Origin: a phage
Strand: one strand, 5' to 3'
DNA length: 64,000 bases
Assembly (NCBI GenBank): GCA_024613925.1
Contig: GCA_024613925.1_4713.1
The notes beneath the pieces are model-generated. The model had not been told where the DNA came from. It worked only from the letters and a program-made list of their open reading frames with translations, and ran no database searches. Below are positions 29,543 to 39,226 of this stretch, in pieces; position 1 is the stretch's first letter, and every line of letters starts with the position of its first letter. The translations under genes and the position numbers were made by a program.

Positions 29543-30421
29543 TTAAACCCGGGTCAGGTCACCGTGACGTGAAACGAACTCTGATAACGCTCGGGTTGCT
29601 TCTTTGGATTCTTCAGCCATCGGGAAGTTTGCGGTAATAAGTTCTCGTAAGACAGGGACGAGTTCGTTATCTTCGAGATCGGAAGCTAAAGCGAATGCAA
29701 TCAGTTCTTGGGTGTATGCGTACGGTTGCTGACGTAATGCAGCAAGCTGATCCCGACACTGCGCCATCAGCAGGTCCAGTGGAACCGCTATCGTACCCCC
29801 TTCATCAATATACTGGCTGAACACCGGTGGGAACGCATCGCTGATGACACGAATACGTCGACGAATATGATCCGGAATCTGGACGTTTTCCTCGTCGACT
29901 ATGTTCTCGCTGTCTTTCTCCAGCTTCTTGGTCAGTACCTGTTGAATGCGTGGGAGTAAGCTTGAATGTACGAAACCGATTAATGGGGTTACATTCGCAG
30001 CATCAACGCTGTAAATATGATGCACGCATTCCGCCAGCGCTTCAGCTGTGGTGTAGTCTTCATCTTCAACGATAGCAAGTAGAAAAGCGGTATCGTCGTG
30101 TGTTTCCAGGTCTAATAACGTAGACGCTAGCGCATGAAGATATTTCAGGCTATCCAGCGATAGCTGTCCTTCGTTAATTCGGATCCCGAAGGCAAGCAAT
30201 TGTTGTTTATAAAGTTCGATACATCCGTTTGTTAAAATGATGTCTAATTCGTTTAAATCGTATTGTTCCCCAGCACCTGACAACATCGTACTGCAGAACG
30301 TTTCCAGTTGTTCACATTTAAAATCTTGGTATAAACGATGCATGCAGTGCTGTAACAGCGTACGCCTTGTTTCAGGGATCTTACCTTCTAACAAAGCCAA
30401 GACGGAATCAATCATATCCAC
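29543..30421 (-). CDS. Hypothetical protein
   Basis: 292-aa ORF. Confidence 0.55.
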   Translation of the reverse strand: MDMIDSVLALLEGKIPETRRTLLQHCMHRLYQDFKCEQLETFCSTMLSGAGEQYDLNELDIILTNGCIELYKQQLLAFGIRINEGQLSLDSLKYLHALASTLLDLETHDDTAFLLAIVEDEDYTTAEALAECVHHIYSVDAANVTPLIGFVHSSLLPRIQQVLTKKLEKDSENIVDEENVQIPDHIRRRIRVISDAFPPVFSQYIDEGGTIAVPLDLLMAQCRDQLAALRQQPYAYTQELIAFALASDLEDNELVPVLRELITANFPMAEESKEATRALSEFVSRHGDLTRV

Positions 30422-30511
30422 TCCGATGCGGTAAATGTCTACTAGCTCTCATAATCTATTGAAGAAACTACCAGCTTACGCCAACTTAGATTAATCAGGA
30501 GTAACCATCCC

Positions 30512-30985
30512 ATGCCAGTTTCATCCAAACCAAGAAAAAAATCCGTAGGAAACCCTAAAGCTCAGGAAACAACAGCAATTCGTTGGGACGAGTTACGTGA
30601 ACCTATCGAAAACTGCGAATTGTTATTAGGTACCCTGGGTGCGGCTATTTACCAAGCGACGCAACCCTGTCGTTTACGATTAACCCAAAACAAACGTGAT
30701 GAGTTCGTTGCGTTATCAACAAGCACGAATAAAGATCTGACCGAACTTCAAACCGAGTTGACGACGATCAAGAACTCCATTACGCCGATGTACGGTAAAG
30801 AAGTTGATGAACAAAGTATTCTGTTACAGTACAACTACGGGATGTCGTTAATGAACATCCTGGAACGCGCATCCGATATTCTGCGTCCTGACGTTGCACG
30901 CCTGAGCCAACTGCGTGTCGAAGGGATGGAGAACCAGATCCGATTCGCTAACAGTGTTAAATCTCAAGGAGCCACCGAAGCATGA
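30512..30985 (+). CDS. Hypothetical protein
   Basis: 157-aa ORF; AGGAG before ATG; 4-bp overlap with next gene. Confidence 0.5.
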   Translation: MPVSSKPRKKSVGNPKAQETTAIRWDELREPIENCELLLGTLGAAIYQATQPCRLRLTQNKRDEFVALSTSTNKDLTELQTELTTIKNSITPMYGKEVDEQSILLQYNYGMSLMNILERASDILRPDVARLSQLRVEGMENQIRFANSVKSQGATEA

Positions 30986-32667
30986 GCGAACAAGAAAAAG
31001 AAGTCGTGACGAATCAGGAAGCCGTTGAGCGTTCAGAGTCGTCCGCTGAAACAACGATTCCAGCAAGTTCCGATCCTGTTGGTTCCGCACAGCAGGAAAG
31101 TAAAGACGAAGTAAACACTACTAAAGAAGATGTAGTGGCTCCAGAAGCAACCCGTGAAGAAGAACCGTCACATCCGCCGCTGGTCGATTTCTCGAAGGCG
31201 ACGATACGTTTCCAATGCGAAGACATTCGTCCTAAGAGTCCGAAGAAAACAAAACGCCAGCCGCTGGTGTTACCGCTGTATTCTCCACGTGTGCAGACAA
31301 CGTATTACCGGGAATACATCAACGAAGCAATGGATACCGTACAAGCCATTGTCGCTCAACGCGGTAAACCTACAGACGAACAGTTTGATAAATTCAGTAA
31401 AGCGGTGGTACAATCGGTTGCTGATGGACAATACCATCCGCGTGGCCCAGCTCACGATCGCGCGTTGGAACGTAAGGGCAGTCAGTGGACTAACGTACCC
31501 GTAGACTCATCGGGTGTTGGTCGCGTTATTCCTGGCATCCCGCAACCGAACCATATCCCTGATGATGTCGAAGCGCCGCTGACAGGAACCGATGCGATCT
31601 ATTTTGCCATCCGCAATACGAAATCAGGCGCACCTGCGGTAATGCCGTTATGGCATAGCGGTATTAAGCTGCAGTTCAATCCGCCATCAAATGAACGTGT
31701 TGCAATTATGCACGAACGTATTGCACGCGATAAAATCCTGGGTGGACGTGATAGCACCGGTTTCCTGTTTTCGGCAACCTCGATTATCACCATGAAGCAT
31801 GCTATCGAATTAGCGTTAGAATGCTGTTACATGGCCAACGTACCGAACCTGGATATCCAGCGTTTGAAAGACATTATTCCGGTTACCGATGTTCCGGCAT
31901 TGTTGTTGAACGTGCTGGTAACCATGTATCCGTACGGGTATCCTTACGTACAGACCTGCTATCAGAATCCAGAAACCTGCGACTATCGTGTCGAAGACAC
32001 CGTAAGCTTTGCGAAGCTCTATCAAGTTGACAACAGCGCAATTACCAAACGTATGCGACAGATCATGACCGAAGGTCCGGTCATGACCGATGAACTTTTG
32101 CGTGAGTATGCAAACGAACTGGGTGAAACGAACTCCCGCACGTTGGATCTGTCCGACAACGGTTCTGTTATCATTGAGCTTGAAGTGCCGAAGATTTCAC
32201 GACAAATCGCCATGGGTGAACGTTGGTTAAGCGATACCTTGGAAGATCTGCGTGATATTCTATCGCGTCCGTCAATGACCGAAGAAGAGCGTGATCGTGT
32301 TATTCGTGAACGTCAGTTCTATAGCTGGATGCGTCAGTATGATGCATGGATCAAATCGATGCATGTGTCAGTAAACGGTACCATGCGTCGTGTAAGCGAT
32401 GCGGATACGGCAACGGTATTAGCACAGCTGTCTCGTGACAGCGACCTTCGTGAACGCTATATCGATGGGCTGATGCAATTCATCGGTGATTCGACGATTG
32501 CGCTCGCAGCAATGCCTGCCTGGAAATGTCCGAAATGTAATGCCGATATTGCTGACAATCTGCGCGACCAGAAATACTACGATCTGATTGCTTTGGATGT
32601 ACCCCAGCTTTTTTTTACCCTAAACTCCGTCCAATCTCTTCAGGAGGGGATGGACGCGGTATTCTAA
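30982..32667 (+). CDS. Hypothetical protein (561 aa), candidate upstream partner of a -1 frameshift
   Basis: Long ORF ending 51 nt after a T8 run; the -1 frame stays open from 32556 to 33089. Confidence 0.6.
   Translation: MSEQEKEVVTNQEAVERSESSAETTIPASSDPVGSAQQESKDEVNTTKEDVVAPEATREEEPSHPPLVDFSKATIRFQCEDIRPKSPKKTKRQPLVLPLYSPRVQTTYYREYINEAMDTVQAIVAQRGKPTDEQFDKFSKAVVQSVADGQYHPRGPAHDRALERKGSQWTNVPVDSSGVGRVIPGIPQPNHIPDDVEAPLTGTDAIYFAIRNTKSGAPAVMPLWHSGIKLQFNPPSNERVAIMHERIARDKILGGRDSTGFLFSATSIITMKHAIELALECCYMANVPNLDIQRLKDIIPVTDVPALLLNVLVTMYPYGYPYVQTCYQNPETCDYRVEDTVSFAKLYQVDNSAITKRMRQIMTEGPVMTDELLREYANELGETNSRTLDLSDNGSVIIELEVPKISRQIAMGERWLSDTLEDLRDILSRPSMTEEERDRVIRERQFYSWMRQYDAWIKSMHVSVNGTMRRVSDADTATVLAQLSRDSDLRERYIDGLMQFIGDSTIALAAMPAWKCPKCNADIADNLRDQKYYDLIALDVPQLFFTLNSVQSLQEGMDAVF
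32609..32616 (+). other. T8 homopolymer, candidate -1 slippery site (U UUU UUU in the zero frame)
   Basis: Codons CTT TTT TTT in the 30982..32667 frame; a -1 slip gives ..FFYPKLRPISSGGDGRGILIDPRYGLHDGQLV.. Confidence 0.4.
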
Positions 32668-32729
32668 TCGATCCGCGATACGGGTTACATGACGGACAAC
32701 TTGTTCGTAATGATGAAAAAATCTGGGAA

Positions 32730-33089
32730 TTGCTGTTAGCGCGTAAAGGCGACGGCGGCATGAAACTGAACATCGAAATGGGTATTGCGTACGATACCAT
32801 GTTTGGTTTGTACGACCGCGTTAACGAATGGACACCGTTGAAATGGGTGGCTCAGCATCCCGCTGAAGATCCCTGGGACAGATTAGGGATTAAACCCTTA
32901 ATCGAGGATTATGTTCGATTCGGTATTAAAGAGTTCATGACGCTGGATGCGTTTTTAAAAGCACCGTATCCTTACGCGCAAACGGTACTCAAAATCGCAC
33001 AAGACGAACTGCGGAAACGTAGTGCGGTACTGGACGACGATGAGGACAAGTTACGACGAGAAGAAGAACGTTTACGAAACGGAAAATAA
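32730..33089 (+). CDS. Downstream ORF, either a frameshift extension of 30982..32667 or a separate small gene
   Basis: Track start is TTG with no convincing ribosome-binding site; frame is open upstream to 32556. Confidence 0.35.
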   Translation: MLLARKGDGGMKLNIEMGIAYDTMFGLYDRVNEWTPLKWVAQHPAEDPWDRLGIKPLIEDYVRFGIKEFMTLDAFLKAPYPYAQTVLKIAQDELRKRSAVLDDDEDKLRREEERLRNGK

Positions 33090-33090
33090 A

Positions 33091-33600
33091 ATGGCGAGAT
33101 TTACCAGTTTGATTGGGTTGGATATTTGGGAAACACCGGCTGACGTTCGGGTTATTCCTGTCAACACCGTCGGTGTGATGGGACGCGGTCTTGCCAAGCA
33201 GGCGGCCGATCGTGTACCCGGTCTTCTTGAAGCGTACCGTAAGCAATGTCAAGATGGGTTTAAGGTGGGCGAAGTCGTGTCATATCAGCATGGCGAGAAC
33301 GATCAGCTCACCTACGTGTTGTTTCCATCAAAATCGGATTGGCGCGAAAAAACACGACGTGAGTATATCGTTAATGGTTTACTGGCGTTAAAAGCGTGGT
33401 TATTGGAGCTTCAGTTCGAAAGAGACGGCTTCTCATACCACCGTCCGGCTGAACCGTTGATTGTCGCAATTCCTCCGGTTGGTTCTGGTTGCGGTAATAT
33501 CGGTTACGGACAATCCGAAACAATCCAGCCTCAATGGGTACGCGCACAAATCAAACAGTATCTTGCCACCGTGCCAAACGTTCATTTCTACTTGTTCTAA
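33091..33600 (+). CDS. Macro-domain protein (ADP-ribose binding or processing)
   Basis: VIPVNTVGVMGRGLAKQ matches the N-terminal glycine-rich macro-domain motif; start moved to ATG at 33091 (MARFTSL) one nt after the upstream stop. Confidence 0.65.
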   Translation: MARFTSLIGLDIWETPADVRVIPVNTVGVMGRGLAKQAADRVPGLLEAYRKQCQDGFKVGEVVSYQHGENDQLTYVLFPSKSDWREKTRREYIVNGLLALKAWLLELQFERDGFSYHRPAEPLIVAIPPVGSGCGNIGYGQSETIQPQWVRAQIKQYLATVPNVHFYLF

Positions 33601-33611
33601 TGCAACGGTAA

Positions 33612-33653
33612 CATAACCCTCTCCCTTCCCTTACGGGTTGGGAGAGGGCTTAT
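33612..33653. terminator. Bidirectional hairpin between convergent genes
   Basis: CATAACCCTCTCCC...GGGAGAGGGCTTATG extended stem, same core as the 2264 and 26450 elements. Confidence 0.5.
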
Positions 33654-33665
33654 GCTGTTATGTTA

Positions 33666-34040
33666 TTAATGTTCGTTCCAGATGGCATCTTCCGGTGGAA
33701 CAATAGGATCTTTCTTCGGCATTGATGGCACTTCATGACGATGTTTACGGAACTGCCTATCAATAACCTCACGAAGCCGGTACGCGTCAACCCATGTTGA
33801 TTTATTGAACAGCTCCAACGTCACGGTTAATCGTGTTCTTGACATTGAATAGCTTTTCTTTGCAATCAAATTGGGATAATTCAGTTGAGCGAACCACGCA
33901 CGTATCTGTGCTTCGGTAAAAGCGATGCTGTAATAACTAAGTTTACCGTCATTAAAATCGTGCGCGTGGGTGTAGCGTCCAGCGTAACGCCAGACAAGAT
34001 GCACATTCAGATCGATCCATGGTGGGGTGGTATCAGCCAT
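33666..34040 (-). CDS. Hypothetical protein
   Basis: 124-aa ORF. Confidence 0.5.
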   Translation of the reverse strand: MADTTPPWIDLNVHLVWRYAGRYTHAHDFNDGKLSYYSIAFTEAQIRAWFAQLNYPNLIAKKSYSMSRTRLTVTLELFNKSTWVDAYRLREVIDRQFRKHRHEVPSMPKKDPIVPPEDAIWNEH

Positions 34041-34049
34041 GTGTTACCC

Positions 34050-34619
34050 TCAACGATTCTTCATCACTTTACCCAGGCTTTCGATATTATCCCAAAAGCG
34101 ATTTTTACTTGGCGCATCGCCAACGATAACCGACATCAAATCGCGACGTTCACGACTGATGATGCCCTGTGATTTCCAGATCACCATCGTCCAGCAAGCT
34201 GCCAGAACGAACAGATGGTTAATGCTCGGTTTGGTTTGCGCGATGAACGCAAGCCATGCCCAGATACCGGTATATACTAGCGTCACTAAAAAGAGGGAGA
34301 TTGTCGCAATGACAACAACGAAGTTTTGGACAGCGGGTTGATTCGCGTTATCATGAATAGCGGTAAGATCGGGAAGGTTACCTTCAACTGAACTCGTTTC
34401 ATCGATTTCCAATTCTTCGATTTCTTTTCGTGTGTCGGGAGCTAATCCGGCATCATCAAGATGCTTTTTTAACCGCTGTATACTTAATCGTTGACCGACA
34501 GGAATGTTGATGTTGTCGTAACTATTAAGCGCATCAACCAGGGAGCGCCCGTCAACGAGAACCAAGCTCGCAGTACCCATTGTCTGCGGTTTTATTTTGT
34601 AAAGGTCTTTTACTTTCAT
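34050..34619 (-). CDS. Putative membrane protein
   Basis: 189-aa ORF with hydrophobic segments (FVVVIATISLFLVTLVYTGIWAWLAFIA, LFVLAACWTMVIW). Confidence 0.5.
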   Translation of the reverse strand: MKVKDLYKIKPQTMGTASLVLVDGRSLVDALNSYDNINIPVGQRLSIQRLKKHLDDAGLAPDTRKEIEELEIDETSSVEGNLPDLTAIHDNANQPAVQNFVVVIATISLFLVTLVYTGIWAWLAFIAQTKPSINHLFVLAACWTMVIWKSQGIISRERRDLMSVIVGDAPSKNRFWDNIESLGKVMKNR

Positions 34620-34640
34620 GTAGACACCACCTCCAACGTG

Positions 34641-37253
34641 TTAAGCGTCTGGTGTAAAATCAAAAGGAATGTCCGTACGAATGACATCATAGCGTTTTCC
34701 GAGGAAATAAAACTCTTCGGGAACCTGACCGGGAATAATGCTATCGCCGATGAACTGCGGATACGCCCAGATGTACTGAGTGAGTCCTTCGAACATATCC
34801 AGGTTATTTGCGTGGTTGCCCATGATACGTTTCCAGAGTTCGCGTTTATACGGTGTTTTAACATCGAACCCATAAAGCGGTGCAAGATCTTCACCAGGAA
34901 CAAATCCCAGGTAATAGTGAATCTGACTAACCGGGAAACCAAGCGTATCTCGCGGAATGGTGATCGCTTGCTCTGCCTTGGTGACATGCGTCTCAATAAT
35001 CCAGTCGTAACACTCCGAATAGAACCGATCGAATTTCTCTGGATTATACCACGCTTTGGGAAGATTCAGTTTCTCCGTGAACGCGTTCGACATGATCGTC
35101 GGCAAGAACGGAAGAATACCGGTTTTGATCTGCGTGTATTTCGATTTTACCCGGTTAACCAAATTCCAGCAACTGTATCCTAACTGTTCGTTACAAAACT
35201 CAACGTAGAGATCGTAGTCACCGCCGGATAATGGGTTGTTGATGTCACCGATGTCTGCGGCATATTTGTTGGGATATCGGTTATTGAAAGCCAGTTTGGT
35301 CTGGTAGTCGTAGATACACGGTTTGTTGTTCGCTGTATTGATCCACCACCAAGGTTCACCTACCTGCACACAAATGTCCTGGACATGAGGGTAGATGATA
35401 TCAGCGAATGCCGTTAACACATCCCCTAACCACGCCATCGCCTGTTGGTTACATGGAGACAGCAACCAAGATGGTGGCGTATATCCGGTTGCTGCGATGT
35501 TTCCTTCCCAATCCTGCTGCGCCCACTCGAACGGGCATGCGGTACTCATCAATTCGTAACTTAAACTGATGGTGACAGAGAAATGGTGTTTTGCAGCATA
35601 TGCGGCGAAAGCTTCATGCCACGCAATACAGGCCGGATTTAATACATCCGTGGTGTTTACCAGTAACTTACCTGCACTTGGCGTCCAGACAGTATCGTAG
35701 AAATGCGACATGCCAACATAATGCACTAATTCATCTTGATATCCCGCATAAACCAGGTTCTCAAATACGCGCTCCGGCGTGATGTTGTAATGGTCATCAT
35801 AAGCAGTTATCGCACGAAGTTCGTGTGGTGTACAGTGGTGGCGACTAACCGTCATTTCCTGATACACCCCATCGATAGGAAGAATCTCGAGGGTTAAGCC
35901 GAGGTCGATTGGCGTTTCCAGATAGGTCGTTTCAGTCGCACCTTCCTTATAATGTCGAGAACTCATGCTGAACATCAACGACGCTACCGATTCGAGTTCG
36001 ATAGGCTCGTCAGCATAGAACCCCGCCATTGCGTCATTGAAATCGATCGTCACGATTGCGCTTCTACCGTCTTCAGAGACATCGGTCGCATATCGGGTTA
36101 ATGAGATATACTGACGGCTATCGTCTTTGTGTACGACGGTTAAAACCGGCGGGTGTTCGGTATCTGCAAAGTTACGCTGGTCGCCAGTAAACGTGACCTT
36201 CGCTTTAAAGATCAAACCGAGTAACGATGTCATGGGATCATACGCAATACTGCCGTGATCCAGCGTATCCGTTGTCCGCCATTCTATCCCGACCAACCCG
36301 TTAGCGGTATGGCATCGCATATACGCATTAAGTGTCATGTCCTCACTGACAACCGCGAAGTTCTCTGTTGACTGACCGTTGATAATCCAATACATCGGTT
36401 GCCAGAGGTTACGCGTACCTTTTGCGTAGTGGTAGGTTGGTGCGCCTTTGGGATTGCCATTATTAAGATGAAATACAGCAGTACCTTGATAATGGTCGTT
36501 CGTATTAATCGGAACACTGTAAGCATCACCGAGGTCCGTACGTTCGACCTTCGTGACTGTTGCGTTTTCAAACAACCCACGTAACGCCGGTAAACCGATA
36601 TCTTCAGGTGCGTTTTCTCGACGAATCGCATCCGCGATGCGGTGGGCTAAGGCGGGGTAAATGGCATCACCCTGTTGTAGGTTTGCAAGACCTACAAAGC
36701 GATCGGGGTCGATGCCAGCAATCAATAACTCAACATCACCCTTCGTTCTATCGTTGTGAAGATATTTCAGTCCAGTAAGATCGAGGTGCTGAATAAGCGA
36801 CAACAGGTTGTATTTACGGTTTTCAACAGTTAGTACAAGATCGCCTGCCCAAACCAAACTTCCCTCATCCGCTGTTACTTTAACGGATTGTCGGCCTGTG
36901 GTAGACGTTGTTGTCGTTTTATTTAATTGTCCTTGTAGGAAGTCGGTTGCGAGGTCAAAGGCAATGCCGTAACGGTCAGCGACCGCTTGCATGATTTCAC
37001 GTAACTGGGTATCTTCTTCAATGATAATCTTGACAGGTATTCCCAAGAACGCTTTAGCGAGGTCTCGTTTAACCAACGAGACGAATACGGATTTGTAGTA
37101 TCGACTTCCATCTTTCCCTTTAAAAAGAATGGAGGTTGTTTCGGGTGACGATAGAATACGCGCAAATTCAACATCGTCGAAAGTAAGAGAAAGTCCGTTT
37201 TTCTCGTTGACCAATCTTAGTATTTCATTTTGCGCGGTTTCATGTAACTTCAT
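34641..37253 (-). CDS. Tail fibre or tailspike protein with conserved N-terminal anchor domain and aromatic-rich C-terminal domain
   Basis: N-terminal block ..RDLAKAFLGIPVKI..YGIAFDLATDF shared with three other genes; C-terminus rich in W/Y (GEPWWWINTANNKP). Confidence 0.6.
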   Translation of the reverse strand: MKLHETAQNEILRLVNEKNGLSLTFDDVEFARILSSPETTSILFKGKDGSRYYKSVFVSLVKRDLAKAFLGIPVKIIIEEDTQLREIMQAVADRYGIAFDLATDFLQGQLNKTTTTSTTGRQSVKVTADEGSLVWAGDLVLTVENRKYNLLSLIQHLDLTGLKYLHNDRTKGDVELLIAGIDPDRFVGLANLQQGDAIYPALAHRIADAIRRENAPEDIGLPALRGLFENATVTKVERTDLGDAYSVPINTNDHYQGTAVFHLNNGNPKGAPTYHYAKGTRNLWQPMYWIINGQSTENFAVVSEDMTLNAYMRCHTANGLVGIEWRTTDTLDHGSIAYDPMTSLLGLIFKAKVTFTGDQRNFADTEHPPVLTVVHKDDSRQYISLTRYATDVSEDGRSAIVTIDFNDAMAGFYADEPIELESVASLMFSMSSRHYKEGATETTYLETPIDLGLTLEILPIDGVYQEMTVSRHHCTPHELRAITAYDDHYNITPERVFENLVYAGYQDELVHYVGMSHFYDTVWTPSAGKLLVNTTDVLNPACIAWHEAFAAYAAKHHFSVTISLSYELMSTACPFEWAQQDWEGNIAATGYTPPSWLLSPCNQQAMAWLGDVLTAFADIIYPHVQDICVQVGEPWWWINTANNKPCIYDYQTKLAFNNRYPNKYAADIGDINNPLSGGDYDLYVEFCNEQLGYSCWNLVNRVKSKYTQIKTGILPFLPTIMSNAFTEKLNLPKAWYNPEKFDRFYSECYDWIIETHVTKAEQAITIPRDTLGFPVSQIHYYLGFVPGEDLAPLYGFDVKTPYKRELWKRIMGNHANNLDMFEGLTQYIWAYPQFIGDSIIPGQVPEEFYFLGKRYDVIRTDIPFDFTPDA

Positions 37254-37275
37254 TAAAAACCTCAGCCCTTTAGAA

Positions 37276-37917
37276 TTAAATGTACTGCTTACCGCCCACG
37301 AAGGAAGTTAACCAGTTACCCGAAACAAGCTGCGAAGCCCAGCCAGGCACTGCCCTACCATTCTGGCTCATGATGTTACCACACCAACCAGGGAATCCGG
37401 GACGGATGTAATAGAAAGTTAAATTGTAGAGATGGCAATTCCATACCGCAACGTTATGTTTACCAGAAACCGCTTTAAAGACAAACGCAACGGGTAAAGG
37501 CGACGATAACAATTCAGTCACAGGAACAGCTGACCAGTTCGCATTCGCGTTCCACGGCTGCCATGTGTGTTTGCGCGAGTCACAGTTAACGTTACCGTTG
37601 TTACCGCGCCCACCCGCATGCCACCATAGCGACGGACTCATGTTCTTAAGTGAGGTAAATTGCTGCGGTGGAATATTAGGAATGATAACAGGGTTGGTAC
37701 CTTGTCCGTGTTTCTTTTCTTTTGCGTTTACATACCCACTTATCGATTCGAGGTATTTGACACCAGGATAATTGTTCTGGACTTGTGTCGCAATATCACG
37801 AACGTCGAACGTCCAGCAGATCATGGTGTTGTAGTAAGCGTCGGTGTTATCGTGCCATGAGTTACCATCTTGTAAACGTGCGCCGCTATTCGGTGTTTTA
37901 TCTGTACTTATAGCCAT
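37276..37917 (-). CDS. Hypothetical Trp-rich protein in the fibre cluster
   Basis: 213-aa ORF. Confidence 0.5.
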   Translation of the reverse strand: MAISTDKTPNSGARLQDGNSWHDNTDAYYNTMICWTFDVRDIATQVQNNYPGVKYLESISGYVNAKEKKHGQGTNPVIIPNIPPQQFTSLKNMSPSLWWHAGGRGNNGNVNCDSRKHTWQPWNANANWSAVPVTELLSSPLPVAFVFKAVSGKHNVAVWNCHLYNLTFYYIRPGFPGWCGNIMSQNGRAVPGWASQLVSGNWLTSFVGGKQYI

Positions 37918-38055
37918 GGTCTTGTCCTATACGTTGGTGGTTGAAATGGCGGATATCGGATGCATGCTGGACGTGAACCCTATAATTCGCGCTATCGCCA
38001 TTTTCTACCTCGTTTCTATTCTCAAAAAGGAAATTTCATACGATGACGCCATAGC

Positions 38056-38090
38056 AGCTCCTCCTTCCCTGACGGGTTGGAGGAGCATAC
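38056..38090 (-). terminator. GC-rich hairpin downstream of the lipoprotein gene
   Basis: GCTCCTCC ttccctgacgggtt GGAGGAGC with CATAGCA flank. Confidence 0.35.
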
Positions 38091-38094
38091 TTAA

Positions 38095-38601
38095 TTACTT
38101 ACTGATAACCTCAACGGAATCCGGGTCGGCGATCAGCGCACGATCGGTAGAACAATTGAAGAAGACCATACCAACACCATCACCGTTCGAGTTCAGGGTT
38201 GAACTTGCGTAAGACAGGGTTGGTTTATTCATGCGGTAGAAGCGTTCGCTGGTTGTGGTATTGAACCCCAGATCAACGTAGTCTTTCACCGTGGTGTACA
38301 ACTGTGTGGACTCGAAAACGGTTACCGGAGAGTCAACGGTAAACTGACTGCCTTCATCCACAACCAGAACTTTATCGTTCCAGATTTCAGTGGTTGAGAA
38401 CTTCGGTTTCCAATGTTCGAATTCCTGGGTTGCACCCCAGCAAGAATACACAGCGAGATTGCTGTTCTTCTCGACAGGTTTCAACCCCACCAGTTGTGTC
38501 AGGTCTTTATCCAGGTTCGGTAAACCTTCCAGCGTAGCACACCCACCCAGAGAAAGCACCATCAACATACCAAGAACGATCGTGCAAAGTTTCTTCATCA
38601 T
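38095..38601 (-). CDS. Putative lipoprotein (superinfection-exclusion candidate)
   Basis: N-terminus MMKKLCTIVLGMLMVLSLGGCAT: signal peptide with lipobox-like LGGC; sits between fibre genes. Confidence 0.55.
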   Translation of the reverse strand: MMKKLCTIVLGMLMVLSLGGCATLEGLPNLDKDLTQLVGLKPVEKNSNLAVYSCWGATQEFEHWKPKFSTTEIWNDKVLVVDEGSQFTVDSPVTVFESTQLYTTVKDYVDLGFNTTTSERFYRMNKPTLSYASSTLNSNGDGVGMVFFNCSTDRALIADPDSVEVISK

Positions 38602-38641
38602 CGGATTTCCTTATGTGTAACGGGAGTGATCTCCATAGTAA

Positions 38642-39226
38642 TTACACAGTTGTAGGAAATTCCGGCCAATCGATATTTGGTGCTGTTGATGTGTCAACGC
38701 GATGCAGAGCCACCCGATACTTTTTCCATGCCGTCAACATGGACACCTCTTCTTCCGTTGCGATCTCCAGATCCACAGCATCCTGAAGTGGCGTAATATG
38801 ATCATTCGCCGCCTTCATCAGACTGTTTTTTGTTTCTTCCGCCTCCCGGATCCGGAACAGTTTTTCTGCTTCCGTATCCTTCACCCAGGCTGTGCCGTCC
38901 CACTTCTGAAACTCCCCTTCCGGCGATAACCAGGTAACATTTTCCGGTAACGGACCGAGTTCAGAAATAAATAACGCGTCGCCGGAAGCCACGTCATAAA
39001 CCGTTTTACCCCGATGATCTTCAACGAGATGCCACGATTCATTTTCATTGTTAAAAACTGCCACAAAACCAGCAGGAATTTCCGGTGGGGCGATATCTGT
39101 AGAATTAGCTGGCAGACCTGTATGAGGCGGAATATATGCATCACCTTCACCAATAAATTCATTAGTTCCGGCCAGCAGATTATAAATTTTTATGGTCCGT
39201 GGTTGTTCACTCATTCTGAATGCCAT
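38642..39226 (-). CDS. tfa: Tail fibre assembly protein (lambda Tfa family)
   Basis: [39 protein letters not shown]... matches the lambda/E. coli prophage Tfa chaperone as recalled from memory; directly follows the fibre gene with start/stop overlap. Confidence 0.85.
   Translation of the reverse strand: MAFRMSEQPRTIKIYNLLAGTNEFIGEGDAYIPPHTGLPANSTDIAPPEIPAGFVAVFNNENESWHLVEDHRGKTVYDVASGDALFISELGPLPENVTWLSPEGEFQKWDGTAWVKDTEAEKLFRIREAEETKNSLMKAANDHITPLQDAVDLEIATEEEVSMLTAWKKYRVALHRVDTSTAPNIDWPEFPTTV

Noticed and set aside
34491-35183. Plus-strand 230-aa ORF and minus-strand ORF 34616..34996
   Set aside because: Both lie inside the 870-aa fibre gene 34641..37253, which has a conserved paralogous N-terminus; treated as shadow ORFs
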